Source of the DNA: Patescibacteria group bacterium
Lineage (GTDB): Bacteria; Patescibacteriota; Patescibacteriia; UBA9934
Length of the DNA: 64,000 nucleotides
Direction of reading: 5' to 3'
Assembly (NCBI GenBank): GCA_041660165.1
Contig: JBAZWW010000004.1
Location: forward strand, 14,839 to 78,838
Shown here: positions 1-10,199 of the stretch, one piece after another
How positions within the stretch are numbered: the stretch's first letter is position 1
How the letters are laid out: every line of letters starts with the position of its first letter
Translations under genes and position numbers: made by a program
Notes under the pieces: model-generated
Databases searched by the model: none
Seen by the model: only the letters and a program-made list of their open reading frames with translations
Told to the model about the DNA's origin: nothing

Positions 1-1842
1 TGGCGTAACCACCTCGACCTTCATAATTGGCTCGAGCAAAACAGGTTTCGCTTTAGCGATAGCTGCCTGGAAAGCCATGGAGCCAGCCATCTTAAAGGCC
101 GCTTCATTAGAGTCAACGTCATGGTATGAACCATCGTACACCGTAGCTTTGATGTTAATAAGCCTGAAGCCGGCCAGCACACCGCGATCACAAGCTTCAC
201 GAGCACCCTTGCCGATTGGCGTGATGAACTCGCGCGGAATGGCTCCGCCCTTTACTTCATCAACGAAGACAAAGTTCTCGCCTTCAGGATCCACGAATGG
301 TTCTACGCGCAACCAGGCATGGCCGTACTGTCCGCGTCCACCGGATTGCTTCACGTACTTGCCCTCGCCCTCAGCAGATGTACGGATAGTCTCGCGATAC
401 GCTACCTGCGGTTTACCTACTGTTACTTCAACGTTATATTCCCGCTTCATGCGGTCAACCATGATTTCCAAATGCAACTCGCCCATACCGGCAATGATCG
501 TCTGGTTTGAATCAACGTCCGTATGCACATGAAACGTAGGATCCTCTTCCATGAGTTTGCCGAGGGCCATACCCATACGCTCCTGGTCACCCTTGGTCTT
601 TGGCTCAACAGCTTGGGAGATAACCGGATCCGCAAAGGTGATGGATTCGAGAACAATCGGATGATCCGGGTCACAAAGTGTTTGGCCAGTAGCCGTACCC
701 TTCAAACCAACAGCGGCGGCAATCTCACCGGCATACACCTGATCAACTTCTTCGCGCGAGTTCGCGTGCATACGCACGATACGCGAGAGGCGTTCCTTCT
801 CACCCGTGGACGAGTTCAAAATATACGTGCCCGCCTTCACGGTTCCGGAGTACACGCGGAAGAAGGCTAGCTTGCCCACGAATGGATCAGCAGCGATCTT
901 AAAGGCGAGGGCGGCGAATGGCGCGTCATCTTTGGCAGGACACTCGATAAGCTCTTCTGGATTATCAGGATTGAAACCAGAGATGGCCGGGCGATCAAGC
1001 GGAGACGGCAGAAACTCGACTACAGCATCAAGCATCTGCTGAACACCCTTATTCTTGAGCGAGGATCCGCAAATAACCGGAAACACCTTCATGGCAATAA
1101 CACCCTTGCGCAGTGCCGCTTTCAGTTCTGGCACGGAAATTTCTTCGCCGGCAAAAAATCGCTCCATGAGCGTTTCATCATGCTCAACGCAGGCCTCAAC
1201 CAGCTTTGTACGATATTCTTCTACCTTTGTTTTATACTCATCAGGAACATCAATCTCCTCAATCTCTTTGCCAAGATCATCCTTGTACACGTACGCCTTA
1301 CGCGTGAACAAATCAATCAAACCCACAAAATTTGCCTCCGTACCGATTGGCAACTGAATAGGATGCGCGTTCGGAGACAAGCGCGCGTGGATGCTCGCCA
1401 AATCCTTATAAAAGTCTGCACCTGTTCTATCGAGCTTGTTGATATAGCACACGCGCGGTACACCATACTTGTCAGCCTGGTGCCAGACGGTTTCTGATTG
1501 CGGTTCAACGCCAGCTACGCCGTCAAAAACGGTTACTCCGCCATCAAGCACGCGCAAAGAACGCTCAACTTCAACCGTGAAGTCTACGTGTCCTGGGGTA
1601 TCAATAATGTTGATGCGGTGATCTTTCCAGAAACAGGTGGTGGCAGCGGCTGTGATGGTGATCCCGCGCTCCTGTTCCTGTTCCATCCAGTCCATGGTGG
1701 CCTCTCCCTCATGCACTTCACCGATCTTGTGCTTCTTTCCGGTGTAGAAAAGCACGCGCTCCGTGGTGGTGGTCTTACCCGCGTCAATGTGGGCGATAAT
1801 ACCGATATTCCGAACTCGCTCTAAGGGATAATCGCGGTTCAT
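1..1842 (-). CDS. fusA: elongation factor G (EF-G), 3' end runs off window start
   Basis: Reverse-strand translation from ATG at 1842 gives [28 protein letters not shown]...DTPGHVDF..., the GTPase hallmark motifs of EF-G. It lies downstream of rpsL-rpsG (str operon order). It is not in the ORF track because it is open at the window edge. Confidence 0.9.
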   Translation of the reverse strand, partial: MNRDYPLERVRNIGIIAHIDAGKTTTTERVLFYTGKKHKIGEVHEGEATMDWMEQEQERGITITAAATTCFWKDHRINIIDTPGHVDFTVEVERSLRVLDGGVTVFDGVAGVEPQSETVWHQADKYGVPRVCYINKLDRTGADFYKDLASIHARLSPNAHPIQLPIGTEANFVGLIDLFTRKAYVYKDDLGKEIEEIDVPDEYKTKVEEYRTKLVEACVEHDETLMERFFAGEEISVPELKAALRKGVIAMKVFPVICGSSLKNKGVQQMLDAVVEFLPSPLDRPAISGFNPDNPEELIECPAKDDAPFAALAFKIAADPFVGKLAFFRVYSGTVKAGTYILNSSTGEKERLSRIVRMHANSREEVDQVYAGEIAAAVGLKGTATGQTLCDPDHPIVLESITFADPVISQAVEPKTKGDQERMGMALGKLMEEDPTFHVHTDVDSNQTIIAGMGELHLEIMVDRMKREYNVEVTVGKPQVAYRETIRTSAEGEGKYVKQSGGRGQYGHAWLRVEPFVDPEGENFVFVDEVKGGAIPREFITPIGKGAREACDRGVLAGFRLINIKATVYDGSYHDVDSNEAAFKMAGSMAFQAAIAKAKPVLLEPIMKVEVVTP

Positions 1843-1870
1843 AAATAGCTTTGGTAATTGACCGTTAGTA

Positions 1871-2338
1871 CTATCTCGCCAAGTGAGCAAACGCGCGGTT
1901 GGCGTCTGCCATGCGCTGAACGTCTGCGCGCTTCTTCACGGCTTCACCTTCATTCTTGGCGGCGAGCATGATTTCTTCAGCTAACTTTTCAGCCATCGGC
2001 TTGCCTTTCTTTCCGCGGGCAGCGATCAAAATCCAGCGATAGGCCAAAGCGAAGCGACGATCACCACGCACCGGCATAGGCACCTGGTAGTTAGCACCGC
2101 CAACACGCTTGCTTTTCACCTCAACAGTTGGGGTGATGTTTTTGAGCGCGTTATCAAACACGACCATGGGGTCTTCCTTTGTCTCAGCAGCAACAATATC
2201 AAAACAATCATACACGACCCGTTCTGCCGTAGACTTCTTTCCATCCTTCATGACGTAATTGACGAGCTTCGTAACCAAAACATTCCCGTACTTAAAGTCG
2301 GGAATGAGTTCGCGTTTAACGGCGCTTTTACCACGCAT
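1871..2338 (-). CDS. rpsG: 30S ribosomal protein S7
   Basis: 155 aa with an S7-typical sequence (…[17 protein letters not shown]…[10 protein letters not shown]…). Position between rpsL and fusA. Confidence 0.95.
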   Translation of the reverse strand: MRGKSAVKRELIPDFKYGNVLVTKLVNYVMKDGKKSTAERVVYDCFDIVAAETKEDPMVVFDNALKNITPTVEVKSKRVGGANYQVPMPVRGDRRFALAYRWILIAARGKKGKPMAEKLAEEIMLAAKNEGEAVKKRADVQRMADANRAFAHLAR

Positions 2339-2438
2339 ATTATATTAGTGTTTTGGATTTCCGTTGTTCTTCCCGCGTGGGAGCGGTACTCGGAAACGTG
2401 AGTTATGTATAGGCGGGTCTTAGACCCGCCACCTACTG

Positions 2439-2873
2439 TTATTTCTTTGCTTTGGCTGCCTTTGGTTTCTTTGTGCCGTAAATGGAACGGCTGCGGTTTC
2501 GGCCTTCAACGCCGGTGGCGTCATAACGTCCGCGGACAATGTGATAGCGAACACCTGGCAAGTCCTTCACGCGTCCGCCGCGGATCATGACAATGGAGTG
2601 TTCCTGAAGGTTATGTCCTTCGCCCGGAATATAAGCGGTAACTTCTGTCCCGTTTGAAAGACGGACGCGGGCAATCTTACGGAGAGCCGAGTTCGGTTTC
2701 TTTGGCGTCATGGTGGTGACCTTGACGCACACGCCGCGCTTGAAAGGCGCTCCCTTAGGGAGAACCGTGCGCTTGCGGTGCAGGGAGTCGAGCGTGTATT
2801 GCATAGCCGGAGACTTGCTCTTCGACTTGTTGCTCTTTCTACCCTTGCGGATAAGCTGGTTAATGGTTGGCAT
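2439..2873 (-). CDS. rpsL: 30S ribosomal protein S12
   Basis: 144 aa, [12 protein letters not shown]…[10 protein letters not shown]…, canonical S12. Confidence 0.95.
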   Translation of the reverse strand: MPTINQLIRKGRKSNKSKSKSPAMQYTLDSLHRKRTVLPKGAPFKRGVCVKVTTMTPKKPNSALRKIARVRLSNGTEVTAYIPGEGHNLQEHSIVMIRGGRVKDLPGVRYHIVRGRYDATGVEGRNRSRSIYGTKKPKAAKAKK

Positions 2874-2942
2874 AAAAGTGGCGGAAGGTTAACACGGGGC
2901 GAAAATTAGGTCAAATAGCTTACGAATGGCTTAATCGCCTTT

Positions 2943-3623
2943 TTATAGGCCAATATACGTTCCGAGTAATCCCAAGCAGGAGACTCCCGATAATTGATCA
3001 CAAGCAAAAGTAGCTGGCGCTTGGACAACAACGAACACATTGAGCGGACTTACGAGCGACAGCACAACCAGAACCAAGAGGATACGAGGGCCGTATTGTT
3101 CGAGTAATACGCGCGCCTTGTATGCACCTGCCTGTTCAAGCCCCGCATCAAGCACTTTTGATCCGTCGAGCGGAGGCACAGGGATAAGATTAAAGAAAAG
3201 AAGCAACATGTTCACGAGGACAACGAAGATAAGAAATGCCGGCAAAGCAGACGTGGTGGCGAGCATGCCTGCCTTGCCAAGCTCGCGGAAGGCCACGCCA
3301 GCCAAGACCGCCATCACCATATTTGCAAACGGTCCGGCCATGGCGATCACCGCTCCGTCAAATAACGGATTGGCCAAACGGCGCGGATCAAAGGGCACGG
3401 GCTTGGCCCAGCCAAAACCCACCACGAGCAACATGAGCGTGCCAAAAATATCCAAATGGGCAAGCGGGTTCAAGGTCAGCCGTCCCATGTCTTCCGCGGT
3501 GGTATCCCCGCGCCACTTCCCTACAAGCGCGTGCGAGAACTCGTGGACGGTCAGCGAGACAATCAACGCCACAGCCCAAGCGAGTGCGATGATGGGAGAG
3601 GCAGAGAGGAGTGTAAGAAACAT
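2943..3623 (-). CDS. site-2 protease family (peptidase M50) zinc metalloprotease
   Basis: Polytopic membrane protein with an HEFSH (HExxH) motif in a predicted transmembrane helix and an LDG-like downstream motif, typical of M50/SpoIVFB-like proteases. Confidence 0.7.
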   Translation of the reverse strand: MFLTLLSASPIIALAWAVALIVSLTVHEFSHALVGKWRGDTTAEDMGRLTLNPLAHLDIFGTLMLLVVGFGWAKPVPFDPRRLANPLFDGAVIAMAGPFANMVMAVLAGVAFRELGKAGMLATTSALPAFLIFVVLVNMLLLFFNLIPVPPLDGSKVLDAGLEQAGAYKARVLLEQYGPRILLVLVVLSLVSPLNVFVVVQAPATFACDQLSGVSCLGLLGTYIGL

Positions 3624-3637
3624 AAAGGAAGCGTGTT

Positions 3638-3711
3638 GGGGCCGAGAATGTCCTTGTCAAAATTGTGGTCGGGTTACCTCCCAACAATTTTTCCAAAAAC
3701 ATTCTCGGCCC
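3638..3711. promoter_or_regulatory. long-range inverted repeat (13-bp perfect arms, 47-nt spacer) in the murA/M50-protease intergenic region
   Basis: gggccgagaatgt …47 nt… acattctcggccc, immediately 5' of the M50 protease start (minus strand) and 3' of murA. Confidence 0.45.
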
Positions 3712-3720
3712 TTTAAAAAA

Positions 3721-5019
3721 TCATTCGATGGAAATGTCAGCACCAACGGAACGAAGCTTGCCGAACAGATCTTCATAACCACGCTCAAGATGATCAATGC
3801 CGGTAAGCGTAGACTCGCCCTGTGCAACAAGGGCGGCGATGACGTACGCCAGCCCCGCTCTGATGTCCGGCACCTTGAGTTCTTTTGCCGGCTGTAATGA
3901 GGCAGGACCTTTGATCACCGCGGAATGCTTATAATTCTGATCCTTAAATCTGCACGCTACCTCGCCGAGACAATTATCAAAGAGCGTAATGTCCGCCCCC
4001 ATCTTCACAAGTTCCTCCGTGTACCCAAACCGTTCCTGATAGACCGTCTCATGGATCACGCTCGTCCCCTCAGCCTGCGTCAGGGCAACTACGAACGGCT
4101 GTTGCCAATCCGTCATGAAGCCCGGATGCGTGTCAGTCTCAATCTGCAAACCTTTGTACTTTTTACCGCCGATGAAGCGGATGCCTCCGTCCTCGACAAT
4201 ATATTGCCCGCCCATTCTGCGCACGGCGTTCAGGAATGTGATCATGTCTCGGTGTTCAGCCCCCTCGCAGAAAATCTCGCCTCTCGTAGCCAGCGCCATT
4301 GAGGCATAACTCGCCGCCTCCATGCGGTCCGGAAGGATGCGATGAGTACAGCCATGAAGCTTCTCGACGCCCGTAATCTCAATATGTCTCCCCGCTCCCA
4401 TTTCAATAATCGCTCCCATCTTCTGGAGCATCATAATGAGATCGACAATCTCTGGTTCGATCGCGGCATTCTTGATAACGGTTCTGCCCTTCGCAAGTAC
4501 GCCGGCAAGAATGGCCGTCTCAGTCGCTCCGACTGATGGATACGGAAGATCAATCAACGTCCCCTTCAATCCATCTTTCGCCGTTGCCCGGTATCCTTCC
4601 TTGTCAGCTTCAATAACAGCTCCCATCTTCTCAAGCGCATCAATGTGGAAGTTCACTGGACGAGGACCGATCTTGTCTCCGCCAAGCATTGGCACGTAGC
4701 CCTCCCCCGCCCGGTGAAGCAACGGAGCGAGCGCCAAAATCGCTAACCGATTTTTCCTAGATAATTGCATCGCTGAAGTACTCGCAATCTCCTTCACCCG
4801 GATCTTCAAAGTATGATCGATGAGTTCGGTCTTGGCGCCAAGCATGGTAATAAGCTCGCGCGCAATTTCGCTCTCTTGTTGTAGTGGAACATTTTCCAAA
4901 ATGACCTCATCCGCCGTCAGCAAACAGGCGATCATCATTTTTGAGGCTGCATTTTTTGCTCCGGCAATTCTGACGGAACCTTTGAGCGGTTTACCGCCGG
5001 TCACTTTCAATGTGTTCAT
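3721..5019 (-). CDS. murA: UDP-N-acetylglucosamine 1-carboxyvinyltransferase
   Basis: About 432 aa starting MNTLKVTGGKPLKGSVRIAGAKNAA…; EPSP-synthase fold family with MurA-typical N-terminus. Start set at the internal Met (5019) rather than the ORF-track Met at 5052. Confidence 0.88.
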   Translation of the reverse strand: MNTLKVTGGKPLKGSVRIAGAKNAASKMMIACLLTADEVILENVPLQQESEIARELITMLGAKTELIDHTLKIRVKEIASTSAMQLSRKNRLAILALAPLLHRAGEGYVPMLGGDKIGPRPVNFHIDALEKMGAVIEADKEGYRATAKDGLKGTLIDLPYPSVGATETAILAGVLAKGRTVIKNAAIEPEIVDLIMMLQKMGAIIEMGAGRHIEITGVEKLHGCTHRILPDRMEAASYASMALATRGEIFCEGAEHRDMITFLNAVRRMGGQYIVEDGGIRFIGGKKYKGLQIETDTHPGFMTDWQQPFVVALTQAEGTSVIHETVYQERFGYTEELVKMGADITLFDNCLGEVACRFKDQNYKHSAVIKGPASLQPAKELKVPDIRAGLAYVIAALVAQGESTLTGIDHLERGYEDLFGKLRSVGADISIE

Positions 5020-5191
5020 AATCGAGGGGGGGGCGAGGCAAGCCTCGCCCATACGGCGGGTTCAAAAGAGAACAACGATGTTCATAGTAGTGAAAGGATA
5101 CAGAGGAAGCCCAAAAAGGGAAAGTTTTAAAACACAACGGCCGAGCTCTGCATGCGTGCAAAGCTCGGCCCGTGGTCACTGGAAACGTTGT

Positions 5192-6571
5192 CTACCGCTT
5201 CGGGAGCACGAGGCCCGCGGCCGACATGCGATCACCGAACCAGTCTTTGAGCACGCCGCTGGCCACGTTCCGCTGGCGGTACGCGGCATGGGACATGCCA
5301 TTCCGTCCGTACTTGGTCCGCAAGTGGAGATCCAAGTTGTGGGAAATGTGCTCCACCGTAGGGGCTACCCACCGCTTCCGATCTTGGTATTCCCGATCGC
5401 GATAATCGGGCCTGACGTAGCGCCCCAGGATCTTCAACACCTCCTTCGCATAGCCGGAATTTGAGTCTGCGTTCTCCGCAGTGGGGTCAGGAATCTCAAC
5501 CAGGTCGCCGGTCCAAAAGCGGGCCCGGAGAATCTCCTGGTAGGCCCGCAGATCAGCAGGCGTGGGGGCGCGCACGTGGATGCCGTCGTTCGAAACGCCC
5601 ACGAGAATATGCCTGCTCCCGCGCCGATCAAGAACGGCACGTCCCCGCCCCGCCTTGATGATCAAGGACTTCTTTGGCTTGGGACGAAGCGTGGAAGAAA
5701 TGAAGTACGTTACCCCACCGTCCACCACCACGTGGCAGTCATAGAGCTCAGTCACGATAGATGAACCCTTCGGGGGCTGACCGATGAAACGCTCGCCGAT
5801 GAAAATGGGGTAATCCGGATGAAGGACATCCCCAGTCTTCTCGTCTGGTTCCCCAGTGTGGACAAAGCTTCCCCTCAGGGTGACGGTATCCCCCGAAAAG
5901 TGGCGCTCGTCAAGACGGTCAGCCAACGCCGCCACATCCCATTCCACGTACTGTTGCGGATCGACCGCGTGGAAGCTGAGATACTGATTGCCAACAGCCA
6001 ATCGGCGAAGCGCCTCCTTGCGCTCCACAACAGGACGCCCGGCCCAGCTTTCCGCAAACGGATAGAAGGTCCGAACATCACTCTCCTCACGCGCAATGCG
6101 CACCGAGCGATCACGCCCCGCGTACCGGACAAGACTGAGCGGGTCACTCCTGGCCGCCACGCCGTCCACGGGCTCCGCACACATCTGGAGTTCGGGGATG
6201 TGAACCGCCACCACGTCTTCAATTACCTCTTCCGCGTCACGGAGCGAGGTGCGGTAATCACGGACGAACTGGCGCGCGCCGAGCGCGTGGATGCGTGAAC
6301 CAGTAATTCCCGAATGAAGTTCGCACCAGGCGAGGTGAAGAGCGTCAAGACCGTGAAGGTCCGCAACCCGCTCATGATGAAGCGCGCTTGATTCGAGCTT
6401 CTTCGAAATCTCATACTCAGTAGCATACGGACGGAAGAAATCCGTCAGATCTGGCTTATACGCCTCTTCCACGAGCTCCGCATAATTCGGCTCGATCATG
6501 TGAGAAACCTCCATCGAAAATTGGTTGCCCGCGAAACGGGCAACACCGCAACGTAGCAAATACTCGTCCAT
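5192..6571 (-). CDS. hypothetical protein (high-GC ORFan, 459 aa)
   Basis: Long ORF with protein-like composition and no motif I recognise. Local GC is clearly higher than in neighbouring core genes. The antisense ORFs are R/L-rich junk. Confidence 0.5.
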   Translation of the reverse strand: MDEYLLRCGVARFAGNQFSMEVSHMIEPNYAELVEEAYKPDLTDFFRPYATEYEISKKLESSALHHERVADLHGLDALHLAWCELHSGITGSRIHALGARQFVRDYRTSLRDAEEVIEDVVAVHIPELQMCAEPVDGVAARSDPLSLVRYAGRDRSVRIAREESDVRTFYPFAESWAGRPVVERKEALRRLAVGNQYLSFHAVDPQQYVEWDVAALADRLDERHFSGDTVTLRGSFVHTGEPDEKTGDVLHPDYPIFIGERFIGQPPKGSSIVTELYDCHVVVDGGVTYFISSTLRPKPKKSLIIKAGRGRAVLDRRGSRHILVGVSNDGIHVRAPTPADLRAYQEILRARFWTGDLVEIPDPTAENADSNSGYAKEVLKILGRYVRPDYRDREYQDRKRWVAPTVEHISHNLDLHLRTKYGRNGMSHAAYRQRNVASGVLKDWFGDRMSAAGLVLPKR

Positions 6572-6589
6572 TGTGCAAATACAACAATA

Positions 6590-6620
6590 GGGGTCGAGAC
6601 ATGGCTCGACCCCTACGGCG
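6590..6620. repeat. 31-nt palindromic element, intergenic copy
   Basis: GGGGTCGAGACATGGCTCGACCCCTACGGCG between the 5192-6571 ORF and ndk. Confidence 0.7.
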
Positions 6621-6631
6621 CTCGCGTGCCA

Positions 6632-7099
6632 TTAAATACCCTCGCCGAAATGGAACTTGTCGGTTAACTTTTCGTATGCAAAAATCTCATCATCCTTAAA
6701 GAACCGCTTGATTTCAACTTTAGCGGAGTCTACGGAATCAGATGCGTGGACCATGTTTGAGGGGACGTTCATGGACAGATCTGCGCGGATGGTGCCGGCG
6801 TCAGCCACGCGGGGGTTTGTAGAGCCAACAATAATGCGCACTGTTTCAATGGCATCCAGTCCTTCAAGCACCATGGCGATTATCGGCGTCTGCATCATGA
6901 AGCCAAGCAGGGACGAAAAAAACGACTTGTCCTTCAAATGACCGTAATGCTCAGTCAGCGTGGCTTCATCAAGGTGCGCCATTTTTATGGCCACGATCTT
7001 CAAGCCCTTGCGCTCAAATCTGCCGATCACCTCTCCTGCAAGCTCGCGCTGTAAAGCATCTGGCTTCACGAGCACGAGTGTCTTTTGAATTTCTGCCAT
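6632..7099 (-). CDS. ndk: nucleoside diphosphate kinase
   Basis: 155 aa, …LVLVKPDALQR…NMVHASDS…, NDK signature including the active-site His region. Confidence 0.9.
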   Translation of the reverse strand: MAEIQKTLVLVKPDALQRELAGEVIGRFERKGLKIVAIKMAHLDEATLTEHYGHLKDKSFFSSLLGFMMQTPIIAMVLEGLDAIETVRIIVGSTNPRVADAGTIRADLSMNVPSNMVHASDSVDSAKVEIKRFFKDDEIFAYEKLTDKFHFGEGI

Positions 7100-7197
7100 A
7101 AAATATTGGTTAATTGGCCTAAAAGATACGGGAGGTAGGAGTGTTTGTCAAACAAATATGAAACGGCTAAGGTGTCCGCGCATTGATGGGAGCAGTC

Positions 7198-8037
7198 ATG
7201 ACCCAGATTCTTTCTTGGAATCAAATTCAAACCGGAGCCATTCCGAACAGGGACAGGTTTGCGGAGGCGCAGGCCTTCCTCCGCGAAAGGCTGGTGCTCT
7301 GCCCGCACTTCTACGGAGCGATCATGTGCGGTTCCGTCATCATGGGATCTGCCGAACCGTGGAGCGACTTTGACGTCCTCCTAATGCTCGACATTGACAA
7401 TATCCACAAGCGAAACGACGCCCACCACTTCGTGAAGTCGCTCGTCAAAATCACGGTACGCAGGACGCACATCCCGCTGTCCGTCATCCTAGAGGAGCTG
7501 AAGGTGGCCAAGCGCGGGCGCCACAGTATCACGATCGGCTTCCGCGACCACCTGTCCTGGGCGCGAGAGAACGGCGGATTAGTAGGCAAGGATCCGCTCG
7601 AGTACATTCGCGTCACCCGGCCGAAGAGAAAACTCAGAAAGGAAGCGTGCACGTACATCATCTACTCCATTCAGCGCCTGACCGCGGGCCGAGTAGAATA
7701 CGACAGCCTGTCAGAGGAAGGCCGGAACAGGGTTCTTGGCAAGGCGTTTGACCTGCCGTTCCACGCTACCAGGCGGTACTTGGAACTGCATGGCCGAGAC
7801 TGCTCCCATATGGGGCGCCAAGAAGTGCTGGAGACTGCCCAATCCGCAGGCCTGCCGAAAGACATGCTGGAGTCGCTTCAGCACATCAAAGCACGCCACA
7901 ACGACTACGGTAATCAGGTTCAGGCCAGACTCATGGATCCGAATCGCAAAGAATACGAGCGGTTCATCGAGTCGCTCCAAGAAGTGATGGAGGTGGCCAT
8001 CCACTTTCTCTACGAGCTGGGCGGAATCATCAACTAG
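7198..8037 (+). CDS. nucleotidyltransferase-fold protein (Pol-beta-like NTase domain plus helical C-terminal domain)
   Basis: N-terminal GSVIMGSAEPWSDFDVLLMLD matches the GS…DxD minimal nucleotidyltransferase motif. GGGAG sits 7 nt upstream of the ATG at 7198. The C-terminal 150 aa are helical and may be a KNTase-C/HEPN-like substrate-binding domain. Confidence 0.6.
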   Translation: MTQILSWNQIQTGAIPNRDRFAEAQAFLRERLVLCPHFYGAIMCGSVIMGSAEPWSDFDVLLMLDIDNIHKRNDAHHFVKSLVKITVRRTHIPLSVILEELKVAKRGRHSITIGFRDHLSWARENGGLVGKDPLEYIRVTRPKRKLRKEACTYIIYSIQRLTAGRVEYDSLSEEGRNRVLGKAFDLPFHATRRYLELHGRDCSHMGRQEVLETAQSAGLPKDMLESLQHIKARHNDYGNQVQARLMDPNRKEYERFIESLQEVMEVAIHFLYELGGIIN

Positions 8038-8050
8038 TGCCCCGCTTCTC

Positions 8051-8079
8051 TCGCGTCCGTCCCCCTGGGGCGGACGCGT
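8051..8079. terminator. bidirectional hairpin between convergent genes
   Basis: cgcgtccg-tccccctgggg-cggacgcg: a perfect 8-bp stem between the NTase gene (+) end and the comEC 3' end (-). Confidence 0.5.
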
Positions 8080-8100
8080 TGTCGTTTCAGTGGCCTCCCC

Positions 8101-8949
8101 CTAGAGACCATCGACCGTTGGCTCTCCGCCACTACTCGTTACTCGGACATCTCCATTCGTGTCCGTTCGATAAGTTGTTACGCCAAATTTTGTTAGGCGG
8201 GCAAGAACATCTTCATCCGGCAGTCCGTAGGAATTTCCGACGCCGACAGAAATGATGGCCGTATTCGGCGAGATCATTTTTAATAACTGTTCACTCGATG
8301 AGGTTCGGCTCCCATGATGTCCAACTTTCAAGACATCAACATGCGGAAGAACCCAATCAGCTTCTTGGGCAATGCCGGCATCGCCCGTCAAAAGTATTGT
8401 CGTCTCTCCATATGTCAATAAAACCGCCACTGATCCATCATTCGGGTCATCAAGCTCGGCCTTCTCATACGGCATACTCGGCCAAATAATGTCGAGTCTA
8501 GCGCCATTCCCAAGATCATAGGTATCGCCATCTTTGAAATGAAGGGACTCCGGCGCCAGCTTTTCATACTCGTGAAACTCCGGCGTGGTGTAGCCCTGCC
8601 CGCTATCCGCCGCTTGAGCGACGTGATAATTTTCGAGCACAGGAACGAGTCCCATCAAATGATCGGCATGCGGATGCGTGTTGATAACAAGATCAATTGA
8701 TCTATCCCACGGCAACATCACGCTTTGCAATTTTTGGAGAACCGCCGAGTCCGGCCCGCCATCAATCAATACTTGTTTTTCTGGCCCGTCGATAAATATC
8801 GCATCGCCCTGTCCGATATCAAAAATAAATACCGAAAGCGATTTTGGCTGAAATAGTTTACCTCGAATAATCTCGATTCTCGCTAAAAATAATCCGCAGA
8901 CAAGAACGGGAATCGCGACAAGCAAAGCTGTTCGGCGAGAAATGATCAT
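8101..8949 (-). CDS. comEC: ComEC C-terminal metallo-beta-lactamase domain protein (split comEC, part 2)
   Basis: HxHxDH motif (NTHPHADHLMG) and ComEC/Rec2-type lactamase-B domain, with an N-terminal transmembrane helix. The start overlaps the upstream ORF stop by ATGA (8946-8949). Confidence 0.8.
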   Translation of the reverse strand: MIISRRTALLVAIPVLVCGLFLARIEIIRGKLFQPKSLSVFIFDIGQGDAIFIDGPEKQVLIDGGPDSAVLQKLQSVMLPWDRSIDLVINTHPHADHLMGLVPVLENYHVAQAADSGQGYTTPEFHEYEKLAPESLHFKDGDTYDLGNGARLDIIWPSMPYEKAELDDPNDGSVAVLLTYGETTILLTGDAGIAQEADWVLPHVDVLKVGHHGSRTSSSEQLLKMISPNTAIISVGVGNSYGLPDEDVLARLTKFGVTTYRTDTNGDVRVTSSGGEPTVDGL

Positions 8950-10199
8950 AGGTTGAGAACAGCGAACGGCAAGCTAGCCATGGCGTCGATCACTCGGAGA
9001 ATACATTCGAGGAAGAACCAGCCAGGGAGAGACAGGAGGCCCCCTCCTACTCCCCCATAAATGGGGGAGAGTACGTGGGTGATCACTCCCGTAGTGCCGG
9101 CGGACATGGCGTAAGGGAGAAAAGGTAGGACGAGCAAGTTCGTAAAAGGCCCGATGATCGATAGCCGATGAAAGCCAAAAATAATTACTGGCAAGGTGGC
9201 GAGGGTGGCCGCCAGCGTACACGAAAATGATTCGCGCAAGCCAAATGTTTCGGGTATCCATTTAAGTCTCTCGGCGAGAGGTTTGGCGAATGCCATGAGG
9301 CCCGCCGTGGACAACACCGAAAGTTGGAACCCCGCATCATCCCGTAGAATCCTTGGCGAGAAAAAGAGCATGATAGCAACCGTCAGCAACAGCGCATTCC
9401 AACCCGAACTTTTTCGTCCAAGCTGAGACGCGGTGATGGCGATGGCGCCCATGATGCCCGCGCGCATAACCGCCCCTTCCCCGCCAGCAAGAATGACAAA
9501 TCCGGCAATGGCGCAAAGCACAAAAGGAAACGCATACTGCCGTTTCAAACCCGCATAAATGAGAAATGCCAGCGCAAGCGAGGACACCAGCGCCACGTTA
9601 TACCCGCTCGCCGCCACCACGTGCGAGGTGCCCGTTCGCACAAAGCGCTGTTTCCAATTATCAGGAAACGCGTTGTCGCCGATGAGCAAACCGGCCAACA
9701 ATTGCGCATGCGGTTCGCCATACGTTTTTCTGATCTCGGTTACAACACGCTCGTGAATCTTGCCGAGTACTATCCTTGGTCCCATCTTCACGCCTCGCGC
9801 CAACACAAACGGCTCGCTTCGGGAATAGCACTGCGCAAAAATACCTTTAGCTGCCAGAAATCTGTCATATCGAAAACCATCAAACGGTTCAGGAGACTCT
9901 AGATCGCAATGCACGCCGATCTTATCGCCCAGCTCGCCATGAGAATAGAGTGGAACGAATGCTAACACCTTATCGGCAACCGGCGCGCCATCCACTATCA
10001 GATGTTCAAGGGTCAACTGCTCGCCCTTCTCACCCACTGCCCGTTTCATGATGATGCCCGTGACGCTAGCGTTTTTGCTGAGGTGAAAAGCAACAGAATC
10101 TGGCCGAGGCTGAAACCCCGGATAAAACGAATAGACCGCCACGCCGAAAATAAAAACGACGAGCAAGGCTCTTAAGGCTTTGCTCGGCGTCATCTTCAT
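8946..10199 (-). CDS. comEC: ComEC N-terminal membrane (competence/DUF4131) domain protein (split comEC, part 1)
   Basis: Polytopic membrane protein with a ComEC competence-domain-like sequence. The stop overlaps the start of the MBL-domain ORF. The start codon is uncertain (10193-10199) to avoid overlap with the leuS stop. Confidence 0.75.
   Translation of the reverse strand: MKMTPSKALRALLVVFIFGVAVYSFYPGFQPRPDSVAFHLSKNASVTGIIMKRAVGEKGEQLTLEHLIVDGAPVADKVLAFVPLYSHGELGDKIGVHCDLESPEPFDGFRYDRFLAAKGIFAQCYSRSEPFVLARGVKMGPRIVLGKIHERVVTEIRKTYGEPHAQLLAGLLIGDNAFPDNWKQRFVRTGTSHVVAASGYNVALVSSLALAFLIYAGLKRQYAFPFVLCAIAGFVILAGGEGAVMRAGIMGAIAITASQLGRKSSGWNALLLTVAIMLFFSPRILRDDAGFQLSVLSTAGLMAFAKPLAERLKWIPETFGLRESFSCTLAATLATLPVIIFGFHRLSIIGPFTNLLVLPFLPYAMSAGTTGVITHVLSPIYGGVGGGLLSLPGWFFLECILRVIDAMASLPFAVLNL

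Noticed and set aside
3040-3897. 285-aa plus-strand ORF spanning the M50 protease and murA
   Set aside because: It crosses two well-supported minus-strand genes and an intergenic region, so it is an antisense artefact.
5350-5358. ccgtagggg, a possible fifth copy of the palindromic element
   Set aside because: Only the 9-mer matches. There are no GGGGTCGA / TCGACCCC arms.
5819-6298. 159-aa plus-strand ORF inside the high-GC 5192-6571 gene
   Set aside because: Antisense artefact of a GC-rich coding region.
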